In this document: in pieces, positions 13,090-25,202 of the stretch
Numbering within the stretch: the first letter of the stretch is position 1
Layout: each line of letters begins with the position of its first letter
Source of the DNA: Neodothiora populina
Lineage: Eukaryota
NCBI RefSeq assembly: GCF_041146345.1
Contig: NW_027191404.1
Coordinates: 930,001-994,000 of the forward strand
Direction: 5' to 3'
Length of the DNA stretch: 64,000 nt
Made by a program: the position numbers and the translations under genes
The notes under the pieces: generated by a model
Databases searched by the model: none
Seen by the model: only the letters and a program-made list of their open reading frames with translations
What the model was told of the DNA's origin: nothing

Positions 13090-15049
13090 CTAACGCTGCG
13101 ACTTCTTGCGGCGTAGTAGACAGTATTCGCCCCAGGTGCGACGGTACTTTGCTGGAATAAAGCTCCAGTCCGGCACCCATCCGAGGCGGCCAATGATACC
13201 TGTCTGGGACGTGTCGAGGAATGGCTCACAAGCCAGTTGCTCCCATTTATCGCTATCATGCACATGGTCAGGCTCTAACACAGAAGCTTCGACTCCCGGG
13301 AATGTCGAGTCAACCAGGAAAGAGCAATGCGATATTTGTGTCTGTGTATTCATTAGTGATCGGCCGCATGACAGAGGACTGGCGTGAAAATCTTACATAT
13401 TTACCCAGGTCCTCCTTGTTCTCGTCGTTCATTCCAATCGGGACTAGATGTGTACCGGGAAACAGTCCAAAGCCAGAAGCTTCACTGAACTCCCCAGGCA
13501 GAAGACCCGTGAATTCGCTCTTGACGAACTTGGCCTTGACACCTTGCGGCAGGTGGAAGGAAGACGGAAAGCGATACCACTCCTTACCCATGCAGACAGT
13601 GTCGCCAGATCGGGAGACTCCGGGCTGCCACAGCGGCTTATACACACTGACTGGGGCGCCATAGGCCGTCATCATGCCGAGGGTTCGCCAGAGGCTGATA
13701 TTCACCGCAGCCATGAAGCAAAGACTAACGAATCCGAGCCTGATATTGACAGGAATGGCAGAGATGGAGCTACGCGGGTCGGTAGAACCCAGGTAGGTGA
13801 GGAGGAGATGGAGTGCGACCGCTGCATTCAGAGCCAGAGCAGGGTACGCTGGATACATGAAGCGCTCTTCCTTGTGGGGCTGAAGAGTGAATATGGCTAG
13901 CCAAAGATAGAAAGGAGACAGGAAGACGACGCCACGAAGCCACGACTGTTTCGTGGCGGCCTGTCGGCGTACAAAGTGCTGGAACAGTAGAAGAGGCATA
14001 GATGCCACAGCAAGGAAAAACCAAACGTTGAAGTTGATGGTAAGGTTCCGAGCGTAGAAGTGCCATGGTTCGACACCGTAGATATTGGGACCCTTACCGT
14101 CTCTCGCAGCAATGACATTGTACCACACGATATTAAGAGGTACGTTGACAAACTTTTTGTAGAAGAAGCCGTCCAAACAGCCCTGGAAACCCAAGACGAG
14201 CAGAGATCGAACGCCACCATCCATGACGCGCTTGACAAGCTCATTGATTTGATCGCTCATCTTTGCCAAGATGACTTCCTCGATTGCAAATGGGATGATC
14301 ATGGCAGCAGCAAAAGGCCATCCCAAAAGTGCACCAGTGCAGATGGCCCAGATACCCTGGGCGGTGCGGAGGCCACCCCTCCAATCCATAAATGCGGCTA
14401 TACCGAGCATTGTCGCGTACATGGAGAAACTCGAAGGCAGAAAAGAGATGGAGGCATGGAACATGCCAGGACTGGTCAACATGATCAGGAGGAAGAGAAC
14501 ACCAACCCGGGGGTTCAGCGTCCTCGAGATCTTAGTGTAGAGCCTGGCTTCACAGACGGCGCAGAGAGCAGCGAGGGCGGAGCGCAGAAAGTAGAATTCG
14601 GCAATCTTAGCAGGAGCAAAGGGAGCGACAAAGGAGACGAGTCTGCCAAACAGCATCACAACAGCATGTAGAGAAATATAAGTCCAGCTCCTGATGGCAT
14701 ATTCAGGGGAATATTCCCAAGTCTGCAACCCATAGCCATGAGTGAGATAGTGCGCGGGCTCGTAGTAATTGAAGACTTCATCGCAGTCTTGGATAGGCGC
14801 ATAGACGGCAGCGAGAAGATGAGCAGCGAGGAAGAGGTAGAAAGCATTTCGCGGTTGCAGGAAAAGCGGCACTGCATTCCTGGCCACGGTGGCATCGAAA
14901 TTGACAGCATTGAAGCCCTTGAGGCGCTCGACAGCCTCGGTGTCATCCAGTGCAGGAAAGGGCTCCAATTCGGGGTCAGGAGATGCAGGAGTCTTGCGTT
15001 TGGACTTGTTGGCACTCGGCGGCTGCACTGATTTCCTCGGCGGAGGCAT
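13090..15049 (-). CDS. ALG9: Alpha-1,2-mannosyltransferase Alg9 (GT22), 2 exons
   Basis: Motifs IQDCDEVFNYYEP, LQTWEYSPEYAIRSW, QPHKEERFMYPAYP, CMGKEWYRFPSSF and MNDENKE. The last exon matches ORF 13090-13353 after a short intron. Confidence 0.96.
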
Positions 15050-15869
15050 TGTGCTGCAGTAGCTGTGAATTGGCCTGAGAAGTCAGGAAGGTGCAACGCA
15101 GAAAGGAGTGTGTGGGCGCAAATGACAAAGTTGCAATTACAACATACAGCAAACAGTAGGTATACAGCGAAGCCCGCATGCAATAGAAATGTAATTACAG
15201 GTAGAACTGCGGAATCTATTAATGAAGCTCTAGTCCTTTGCTCTAATCCAGACTAGTGCAATGTTGCGCTGAACACAATATCTGGACTTGTTCTTGTACA
15301 ACTGGGCCTGAGCTCCTTGACGCCCGCTTCGGAGGTGCAGATTCAGCAAGCGTGGCCGTTACTTCAACCACAGGTACGGTACGTGTATCACAGCCCTAGA
15401 AAATAAGATACCTTAGTGCTTTTGGGCCCTGGCCGGACTCACATCAAGACCGATTACTGCTCACAAATATCAGGCATATCCTTGGGCCTGGATATCCATA
15501 CGACCTGCACAGTCACTGTCGCTCATCTATAGTGCTTTGGTGAAGTGCTTGCTTGATTGCCAGGTGAGTGCTCAGAACCTGAAGGTAGGTACGTACCTTA
15601 CAGGAACCTTACAGGGTCGATTAGACCAGCCCTGACCTCATCGCCAAGCTTTCCGGCAAGGCTGCCGACCCCAGGAAAGACAGAGGATCCACTCGATGCT
15701 GTCAGAAAAAGTTCAAGAGGCAGGCACGGCATATTCGTGTCTTTTATCTTCTGATATTTTATTCTGAGGTGCTGTCTTGTTTCTTTTCTGACTGATCGAA
15801 TATCTTCTAGACATCTGGCCGCAGGCTCCGTCTGAATTTGTGCGGTTTTTTTCTTGATACTTTGGTTTG

Positions 15870-18104
15870 ATGGAAGATTATCCAGAAAGTCCACGTCCAG
15901 CGAAGAGAACTCGCATAGAACCCGAACAAGAAGGAGCAGATCCGGCCACAATGTCGGTTGCGAATACTCCGATTGACGACATGGGTGACGACCTATACGG
16001 CACACCATCTGCCGTCAACACTCCAAACCAGAACGGACACCCTGCTTCCAACTATCTGGACGCAAAATCCGAGTCCACTGCGCAAAATGGCCAAGCATCG
16101 TCTGCTGGTGCCATACCAGGCATCCCAGGCTTAGGCATGTTGGCGACCGCAACCAGTGCTGCTGCGACTGCTGCTGTGACTGTCGCCCCCACCACCACCG
16201 GCTCCGTTGATGGACCAGCTCACTCTGCAGAGCCAAGGACGGAGAAGGAGGAGGGTGATGTCGCAGATGTGCAGATGCAGACGGCTCCAGCACAACCCAC
16301 CTCTGAACCCACACCCGCAGAGAAGCCCCTCCTGCAAGACGGACAAGAGACGGCTGCCGCTGGTGCTTTAGCAGCTGCACCTAGCGCGGACTCTGAGATG
16401 AAGGAAGAGCAAGTCGTCGAGGAAGCAAGCAACACCACAGCCGATCCTACTGCTGCTCTGCTCGACCTACTGGGACAAACAGACGATGTCGTTCCCCCAG
16501 AGCCTTCACACTCAAAGGGCAAGCAGCCCGTCGATCGAGAATTCATAGAGGCAGCCAAGGCGCAAAACGGCAACGAGGAGGCTGAATGGCAATACAACAC
16601 TTCGGACGAGGAGTCTTCCTCGGATGATTCAAGTGACGATTCGTCGTCTGAAGAGGACAGCGATGATGAAGACTATGAGATGTTGGATCCTGCTACAGCT
16701 GCCAGAATGCTCATGGAAGACGCTGGAGAAGACGACGATGGTGGAGACAAGGCATCCAAGAGTCAGCACGTGCGAACAAAGAACGAGAAGCCTCCTGAGG
16801 TGGTCCCCAAGCCCGACGTCACAGTCACAGCAGACATGAAGATCACTGCCCTCGGTGCTGTGACAAACATCGTCGACAACATGATCCTCGTCAAGGCAAA
16901 CACTTCTGGCGAATACCAAGTCCTCGAGTCCGGCTCCGTTCTCTGCATGGAGAACAGAGAGGTCATTGGAGCTGTCGCTGAGACACTCGGCCGTGTTCAG
17001 GAGCCTCTCTACGTCGTCGCCTTCACCAAGCCCTCAGACATTGCTGAGGCTGGAATTATCGAGGGCTCGGACATCTTCTACGTTGACGCACATTCCACCT
17101 TTGTCTTCACAGAGCCTCTCAAGAACCTCAAGGGCACTGATGCATCCAACCTCCACGATGAAGAGCTTCCTGAGGAGGAAATGGAGTTTTCCGACGACGA
17201 AGCTGAGGCTGCCAACAAGAGAGCGAAGAAGGAGGCAAAGAAGAACAGAAATGCCGACAAGAACCCACAGAAAGCCGATGTTGCACAGCAGCCAGTGGTG
17301 CAGCCTTATACCGGGGGAGTTATCAACTACGACGACGAGCCTGATGAGGCATACACACCTCTGGCACGCCCAGACAACTTGCAGCAGATGCTGTCCCATG
17401 GCGCGCCAGTCGAGGAACGTGCGAGACAACCATTTCCTGGTCGCGGCAGGGGTGACCGCGGCCGAGGACGAGGACGGGGCGACAGAGGTAGAGGTGACAG
17501 AGGGAGGGGTGGACGCGGCGGCGGAGATGCTGCGAGAGGCGGCAGGAAAGGACTTTCCAAGTCTTATCCGGACAACCACAACCAGCAATCACCAAACACA
17601 TATCAACATCAGCCCCTGCCTCAGAAGCCTGCAGCGCCGCAATCGTGGTCTGGAAGCCAGCCTCAGCAGTCTCCCTTGGCGTCTGGGGCCCAATCATCCG
17701 TCCCACAGTTTGGGCAGTCGCAGATGCAGTTCTCTCAGCCACAGCCGCCACAAGCTCACCTACCTTTCCAACCACCACAAGCACATGCAAATGTACCCAT
17801 GGCTTGGCCTCAGATGGCCAACCCGCAACAGTACCAGCAGTTCCAGCACTTTTTGAATAACTTCAACGGTCAAGCCGGACAGCAGCAGCAATTTCAGTTC
17901 CCGCAAGTGCCTCCACCCACACCCGGAGGTAGCATCCCTGCTGGAGCATTTGTCAACCCTACCTTTTTCCAGGGTCAGCAACAGCCATCACCGCAGCCGC
18001 AGCAGCATTACAATCATCAACCAGTTGCCGCACAAGGACCGTCCCCCGAAGCAGTCCAGGGAGCCCAAGAGCTCTTGCGCAGACTCGGCGGCCAGCAACA
18101 GTAG
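15870..18104 (+). CDS. NAF1: H/ACA snoRNP assembly factor Naf1 (Gar1/Naf1 domain)
   Basis: Motifs RTKNE, VLESGSVLC, ETLGRVQEPLYVVAF and KGTDASNLHDEE...EFSDDEAE, plus an RGG box and Q/P-rich tail. Intronless. Confidence 0.93.
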   Translation: MEDYPESPRPAKRTRIEPEQEGADPATMSVANTPIDDMGDDLYGTPSAVNTPNQNGHPASNYLDAKSESTAQNGQASSAGAIPGIPGLGMLATATSAAATAAVTVAPTTTGSVDGPAHSAEPRTEKEEGDVADVQMQTAPAQPTSEPTPAEKPLLQDGQETAAAGALAAAPSADSEMKEEQVVEEASNTTADPTAALLDLLGQTDDVVPPEPSHSKGKQPVDREFIEAAKAQNGNEEAEWQYNTSDEESSSDDSSDDSSSEEDSDDEDYEMLDPATAARMLMEDAGEDDDGGDKASKSQHVRTKNEKPPEVVPKPDVTVTADMKITALGAVTNIVDNMILVKANTSGEYQVLESGSVLCMENREVIGAVAETLGRVQEPLYVVAFTKPSDIAEAGIIEGSDIFYVDAHSTFVFTEPLKNLKGTDASNLHDEELPEEEMEFSDDEAEAANKRAKKEAKKNRNADKNPQKADVAQQPVVQPYTGGVINYDDEPDEAYTPLARPDNLQQMLSHGAPVEERARQPFPGRGRGDRGRGRGRGDRGRGDRGRGGRGGGDAARGGRKGLSKSYPDNHNQQSPNTYQHQPLPQKPAAPQSWSGSQPQQSPLASGAQSSVPQFGQSQMQFSQPQPPQAHLPFQPPQAHANVPMAWPQMANPQQYQQFQHFLNNFNGQAGQQQQFQFPQVPPPTPGGSIPAGAFVNPTFFQGQQQPSPQPQQHYNHQPVAAQGPSPEAVQGAQELLRRLGGQQQ

Positions 18105-18893
18105 CACTAAGGACTTGTCTCGGACCTAGCAGCATCAGAATGGTCTCAAATTAGAATAGCCAATGTCAGCTTTGTAGAAACATGACAAAAGCAAGTTGTA
18201 AGGATGTATGTAAAGCAGTTGGTCAGCATGCGAGTGTAGTAGATCTCAGAAACACGGGAATATCGTTGCGGCTCATACGCCCGTCCTCATCTCAGTCGCC
18301 TGCAAGCTTGACCATGGTGAGACAAGGGCATTACATCACTGACGATCGATGTGAAGGAGAAATTACAGTACATGCCCATTAAAGCCTGAATGTGATATTT
18401 CCCTATCAGCTTGGCTGCGTTTGGCTTCACGGCTTCATTTGACTTATTTTATGCTATTGCTGTCGCCAATGCAACAACACGCCCGGTAGACCTCGGGCGG
18501 AATGCGTGATGCGCTCGGCATTCGTCCCAAATAAGACTGCGCCAGACTGTATAACGAAAATAGCTGTGCAAATCGAGGCGAACTTCTGGGCGTTGCTTTG
18601 GTCGCGAGATGCCACGCAACAGACACGCGACCACTCACGCGAGTCGTTGCAGTCGCCCATGCGTCCAGGCCTCTCTACCATGTGGCCACGGGGAAAGCAA
18701 TTACAAAGATCTTACCGCAGTGTTACAAATCGCAAATGGTGGACAGTTTACCAAGATCTCTCCAGCTCACGCGACCGTTTCCTCATCGGATTTCGTGGGG
18801 AGAAATCAAAACGCATGCTTTCTTGGCGTGAGCCTCCTGCATGAACATGTGTAAGTTGCATATGCTCATCCAGGCTCGATTAAAGGTGCCCAG

Positions 18894-19621
18894 GATAAAG
18901 GCAGATCAAATAATGGGCAGTCTGTGGCTCGTAGAGTATCTTATGGCCAGCCGCGTCGGTCGGCATCGTCTCTGAGGTCCCAACCGCATGGGCGGCTGCG
19001 CCTTGACCTCGCGCTAGAAGGTCCCTTGCCGAAAGTCTAGATAAGGTCACCTCTCGACGAATGAGCTTGCTTGCTGTGACATCTTGGCATAGTAATTGGA
19101 GCCTCCAAACGCAGGGTGTCATGCTGGGCGTAGGGCTCGCTAGACTCTGTCCGTACTAGTCTCGAGGTGATATGTGGTCCGACCTCGCTCACATCGTCTT
19201 ATGTTTTCTCATTGGTTACATCCCGAAGATAAGGAATATACGAAAACCGCGAACACATGCATCCACAAGAAGAAGCCACGCTCGCGGCACCCCAGAACGC
19301 CAGCTCGTCATATAACCGTCTAATGATCGCAGATTGCGGAGATCTCAAAGACGATGGACCTGGAGAAATATAGCTCGAATGTGGTCGCACAAGACCATCC
19401 TCCTGGCCGGGGAGACGTACGATTAGACATCGGTTTTTGGTGGCGCATGGCGGAATGCTTGTTGCATGGGACTGAATAGGGCGCTCACAGGGTCCTTGTA
19501 GGCACAGTTAGGCACATTTCCCTTCGAGAACAAGCAAGCACAGGCGATCCGTCTCGATTCGCGGGCGCGATGACATGAGAAAAAAGCATAGAGAACTCCA
19601 AGCGCTGCGCCATCCTGATAA
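18894..19621 (+). promoter_or_regulatory. Four GATAA sites (putative AreA/NIT2 nitrogen-regulator sites) upstream of the ammonium transporter
   Basis: GATAA at 18894, 19040, 19228 and 19617, two of them as AGATAAGG, within a 1.9-kb intergenic region. Function is inferred from the downstream gene; the motif is short enough to occur by chance. Confidence 0.4.
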
Positions 19622-20031
19622 CGCACACTGAAGTCAGTTTCGATGGGCAGATCGTTTGACGTAGCCGAAACGCTTTTGCTCTTAAAGTGTGTCCGTTCGC
19701 GTCCGCTAGACAGATGACCCAGACTCGTACCCTTGGCCACATTGACTCTACTCGCACTTGATCCATCAGTGCGCCCGTTGGTGCCGCACACTGGGCATTT
19801 CTTGTAGTGGTTTCTATTACTTTATAAACATCAATCACTTCCCGACTCCCCCCGGGAGCTTTTGTATACCTGTCTGTGGTCTTCGCAACGTCCTTTCTTT
19901 TTTCACTTTTCTCAGCCAATCTCAAGTCCATATAATATCCGACGAAAAAGCCTCTCTCGAGGTCGAGCTTTTCATATATATTTGCCCAATAGTCGCGACA
20001 GACTCTCGGCTCGTCGATCAAAACCGCAACC

Positions 20032-21821
20032 ATGTCGTACTCATGGGTTGGACCACCTACAGAGTTTAATGGAACTAATTCCGATATTGGCGGCAATTCT
20101 CGTACGTCTGGCCCTTGCGATTTTCGACATTTGCAGAATGCGTTCATCAATCATTCCTTGCTCTGTGTATGAGATCTAGATGTGCGGATACTTACTATCG
20201 AGCGATGTAGACACCGAGAACTTGAACCAATGGTTTCAATCTGGCGACCAGGCCTACATCTTAGTGGCTTCAGCCATGGTGCTAATCATGGTACCGGGAC
20301 TTGGATTTCTCTACTCTGGACTTGCGCGAAGAAAGTCCGCCCTCAGTATGATCTGGGCTTGTATGGCGTCGTCGACTGTCATCACATTCCAATGGTACTT
20401 CTGGGGATACTCTCTTGGATTCAGCAGCTACGCAACGAACGGATTCATCGGTGACCTTAAGAAGTTTGGACTCATGAACACGCTTGCCGCACCTTCGCCT
20501 GGTTCCCCTCTCATTCCTGACCTGCTATACGCATTCTACCAGGTATGTTTAACGTGCACAGACCTGGTCACAGAATTATAGCCGCTTACAAAGTCCTACA
20601 GATGCAATTCTGTGCCGTCACAGCAGCCATCGTTGTGGGTGCCATCGCTGAGCGTGGTCGCCTCATCCCTGCCATGGTTTTCATTTTCTTCTGGGCCACC
20701 ATCGTCTACTGCCCCATTGCATACTGGGGCTGGGGTGCAAACGGTTGGGCGTTCAGCTGGGGTGTTCTCGACTATGCTGGAGGTGGTCCCGTCGAGATTT
20801 GCTCCGGTATGTCTGCCCTCGCTTACTCCATGATTCTCGGAAGACGCCAGGAGAAGATGATGCTCAACTTCCGCCCTCACAACGTCTCTCTCATCACTCT
20901 CGGTACTGTCCTCCTCTGGTTCGGATGGTTGGGATTTAACGGTGGTTCTGCTTTCGGTGCCAACCTCCGCGCCACTATGGCTTGCTGGAACTCCAACTTG
21001 ACCGCCATGTTCGCCGCGGTTACTTGGGTCCTCCTCGATTGGAGACTCGCTCGCAAGTGGTCGATGGTCGGCTGGTGCTCTGGAACTATCTCTGGCTTGG
21101 TCGCTGCCACTCCTGCTTCCGGATTCGTCACCCCCTGGTCATCCGTCGCCCTCGGTATTGTTACCGGTATCGTATGCAATTTTGCAACCAAGAGTATGTT
21201 CATAGTCCTCATGAAGCTACAAAGATAAAAACTAACCATCAAATAGTCAAGTTCTGGATCAAGATTGACGACGCCATGGATGTGTTCGCTGAGCACGGTG
21301 TCGCTGGTATGATTGGACTTTTCTGGAACGGCATCTTCGCCGCCTCGTACGTCATCGGCCTTGACGGTGTCAACACTGGAGCAGTCGATGGCGGTTGGAT
21401 CGAACACAACTGGAAGCAGATGTACATGCAAATTGCTTATATCGCCGCCACCACCGGCTGGGCATTCTGCATCAGTGCTCTCATCGCTTTCATCATCAAC
21501 AAGATTCCCGGACTTCACCTCCGTGCCAGCGAAGAGGCTGAGCTCCTTGGCATGGACGACGACCAACTCGGCGAATTTGCCTACGATTACGTCGAGGTCC
21601 GCAGAGATTACCTTGCCTGGACACCAGCCAAGGACCAGCCCGACGCTGCCGACCATCAGATCCCTCAAGGCGAGCGCCACGGCATTCCCGCCCACTCACA
21701 GATGCTCGAGGGCAAAGCACCCAGCGATGCCAGCAGCAGCGGCCACGACGGCAACGAGCATACTGGTATCGGCGGCGACCGCCACGCAGTGGCCTACGAG
21801 AAGCGTGAGCGCGAGGGTTAA
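20032..21821 (+). CDS. meaA: Ammonium transporter (Amt/Mep family, MeaA/Mep1-like Glu-His subtype), 4 exons
   Basis: Exon 1 reads MSYSWVGPPTEFNGTN. Motifs PGLGFLYSGLARRKSAL, AIAERGR, DYAGGGPVE, LWFGWLGFNGGS, GLVAATPASG and IDDAMDVFAEHGV. Confidence 0.95.
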
Positions 21822-22656
21822 GCTGCTCCGCATGCCTTATTGATTGTTGTAATGTCTTTCTTGGGAATCTGAATTGTACTAGCTTTGCGCGAGACGGAGG
21901 AGTCTCTTTCAGCGCGAATAGGGAGCCGTTATGTTACCGACGCTGGACATCGGAAGTGACGTTCGAAAAAACCGATTGATTCCCTGTCTTTTTCTCTCTA
22001 CAAATCTTTCTTGTTTACTACCACCATATACCACCATATATACTGCAGCTTTTGGGTTTTATCTGCGTTTTCATGCTCTTTGGGACAGGCGAGGAGGGTT
22101 CTCGCGAACAAAAGGGGGGGGGGACTTGGAGCGGGCAAGGGGGGAAATGGCTGAAGATGAAGCGATGCTGGATATATCACACTATTAAATGCCCATACGC
22201 TGTTCGATATTCTACTACCTTCTGCTCTTTCTATCTCATGAATCCTCGCAGATTTATTCTTTGTTGCAAGCTTTTTTGCCCTTGATTTCAAAAGTCATCT
22301 GAGATACTTTACTGTATGAACGAGACCTTTTCTTTCCATCCCTGATATCTAGCTCCGGAGATGCACCACTCTGCGCTCTGCATGCATGCATCGCACATCA
22401 CCTCCACTGCCCAGCCCACCGGCCCTCTGGAACCTCAGCAAATCTCAGCAAATCTCAGCCAGCGTGAATTCCAATAGACTTGGCTATACTACATAGACGA
22501 CAAAGCAACATCTGGAATCAGAAGAAATGACAGCGCATTTGCACCAAAGTACTGTCCAACCCTACAAAGATCTTATGGGTAAGCCCGCAAGGCAGCCCCC
22601 AGGCCATCAAGCAAACAGTCTGGCAATCTAGATCGCGGTCCCTTGTTTTCACTGCA

Positions 22657-22892
22657 CTGATGCTGATGCTGATGCTGATGCTGTCACGTCGCTGCCGCCC
22701 GTTACCGTAAGACTTGATTTGGCCTAGCCATAGCATAGCATAGCATAGCATAGCGGTGGCAGTATATACGCAGTTTCGCTGTCCAGGAGCATGTATTTCT
22801 CGGATCTATGCGGAAGAAAATATTGAGAGATAGATATGGTAGATAGAGTGAGGTTAAGGTACTTTGCGGATGATGATGACGATGACGATGAC
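22657..22892. repeat. Microsatellite cluster: (CTGATG)4, (CATAG)5 and a GAT/GAC run
   Basis: Read directly at 22657-22683, 22729-22753 and about 22869-22892. Confidence 0.85.
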
Positions 22893-24243
22893 GGCCTTTG
22901 GTCTTCAAATGTGGGTTTTGCTGGATTGGAGGAGGATGAGTGCACAGGCGTATCGTGAGCGATGGGAGGATGGATTACGGTGGGTAGATAGGTGGGTAGA
23001 CACAGTATTTATGATACAATCAAGGCTCGGTAGAGTGGAGTGCATGTAAGCTGACACGATCAAGGTATGGTATGGTACCTCGTGCGGGCTCAGTAGGAGA
23101 TGAGAAGCACTCGAGCACCGATGGAATTTATCGACTCGAACTATGAGAAGTGTTTATACGGTGAGGTATGGAGTTGTAGGCGGAACTATGTACTGTACGA
23201 TAGGTATATGCAACATGAGGATAGTACAGTAGTGTGACTAGATACCCCCATCCATACATTTTGTAACCTACTAGGTAGTCACAGTACTTTTAGAGAACCT
23301 TCGAGATTTACAGAACAAGGCGATATGAAGAAAAGCAGTGGTTATGGCTCTTGCACTTGTTGATCCCCAGGCAACTGTAAGGCAGCAGGCACATGTAGCA
23401 GCCATGAAGTGCCAACAACCTACCTTAAGCGATCAACATAATGATATAGAAGTTACTTAACTCCATATTAGCATCTCTTAACCCCGAACAAAAGCAAAGC
23501 ACGGAACCCTGCAGGCTAACCGTTCGTATGCAGGTCGCTAGGAAAATCCCAATTGTGTCTGACATTGAGGCCGTTTCTGATTGGTCGCAAACTTGGGGGA
23601 TTCAGTAACCTTTGCCCGCACGCCGGCTTGTCGAGTACAATGTCTCCAGCGTCATAGATGTATCGGGGAAAAAAGAGCTACGGGGTTGAGGTTTCCCCAC
23701 TTTGCTGGTTTGGGAAGGACGATACTTTTTGAGATATGGAAACACATTAGGTAGGTAGGTAGAATAGTATCGACAGTCATTTGTGCTTCGCAATGATTCC
23801 TTGACTAGTATCGTGAGGAGAGTTTGGTATGCGGAAGTGGACAACAATAGGTCAAGTAGTGAGCCTGTGTGTTCCACATGTTGTGTGCGACATCGACACA
23901 AGAAACGGAACAGAGATGGCTGTCGGGGTCGGAGGGGGGCTCATCTTGCCTTACTAATCGCATATCATCCCGTATCTTGAACTAGGCGCCTAACACACCT
24001 GTTCGATTATATTATCTACTATTGTACCGCACGCGCTGCAGTAGTATTCATTGCACCATATCACCTCACCCGTCTTTCTCTGCGCCTTACCTTCTCTTGC
24101 CTTCCCACTGTCTTCTCATTCGTACCTCTTCGCTCGCGTGTTTCTCTTGTCATTTGTATAGGACCTGTGGCAAATAGCTTATACCGCATCTCTCACTATC
24201 CTGGATAGTCTATTTGGCGCGGAACAAGGACGTGAAAGCAATC

Positions 24244-25202
24244 ATGTCTTCTGATACAGAGAATCAAAACAGTGTGAGAGACGGCGTAGTGGGCGAGGAA
24301 GAACCGCTTCTTGGTCACCAGGGCGATGCCCAGCAGAAAGAGGGAAGACCTTTATACTACAACTTCATACTCGGTGAGTCGAACATTGTAGCACAGTCGG
24401 TCGAGCTCGCTGACGGTACATACTAGGCACGGGTGTTGTCGCACAAGCTGGAGCATGGATCGTGAGTTGCTCTATATTTCACAAGTTGCTGGTATATCAG
24501 GCTGACATAATGATAGCTCGCTGCTATTGTTTGGGGATCTGTATTTTCTAATGATTTGATGCTTTTCTCTGCGCATCCGGTTCGTTACGATGATCTTAGC
24601 TCTTTGGAAATGGCAGAATACTGACGAAGTCCGCTACAGCTGCTCAACTCTGCTGCGATCCTTCTATTCACACAGGGTATACTCATCGTGCAACCTACAC
24701 ACACGAAAGGTAAGCTGCAACACCCTTCAACCTATCTTGACTTGTCTAATCAGTATGTCAAGAACAAAAACGCAAGGGCACCTGGGCCCACGCCGGGATC
24801 AATGACGTCGCTCTGCTGACCGCCATCGCCGGTCTGGTCATCATCGAGTTCAATAAGTTTGCCCACAATGGCACGCACTTCGTGTCCCCTCATGCCATAC
24901 TCGGTCTCATCTCCTACATTCTCTTGCTGCTCCAGGCGGTCGTGGGTTTCACCCAATACTTTGTGCCTCAGATCTACGGCGGCGAGGAGAATGCGAAGAA
25001 GCTATACAAATATCATAGAGTGGGAGGCTACGTCACCTTCCTCGTCATGCTTGCGACAGTTGCGGCAGCGACACAGACCGACTTCAACAAGAACGTATTG
25101 AAGATACAGCTGTGGGCCGTCATCGTTGCATCTCTAATTACACTTATTGGTGTAGTCCCGAGGATCCGCCTGGCAAAGTTCGGATACCTCGCTGGTCGGT
25201 AA
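24244..25202 (+). CDS. Cytochrome b561-family membrane protein, 5 exons
   Basis: The spliced frame gives four likely heme-ligand His contexts: LFSAHP, GTWAH, HFVSPHAILG and LYKYHRVGGY. Multiple TM helices. Confidence 0.88.

Noticed and set aside
19423..20150. 221-aa and 122-aa minus-strand ORFs upstream of meaA
   Set aside because: They overlap the meaA promoter and exon 1 in antisense and show no domain motifs.
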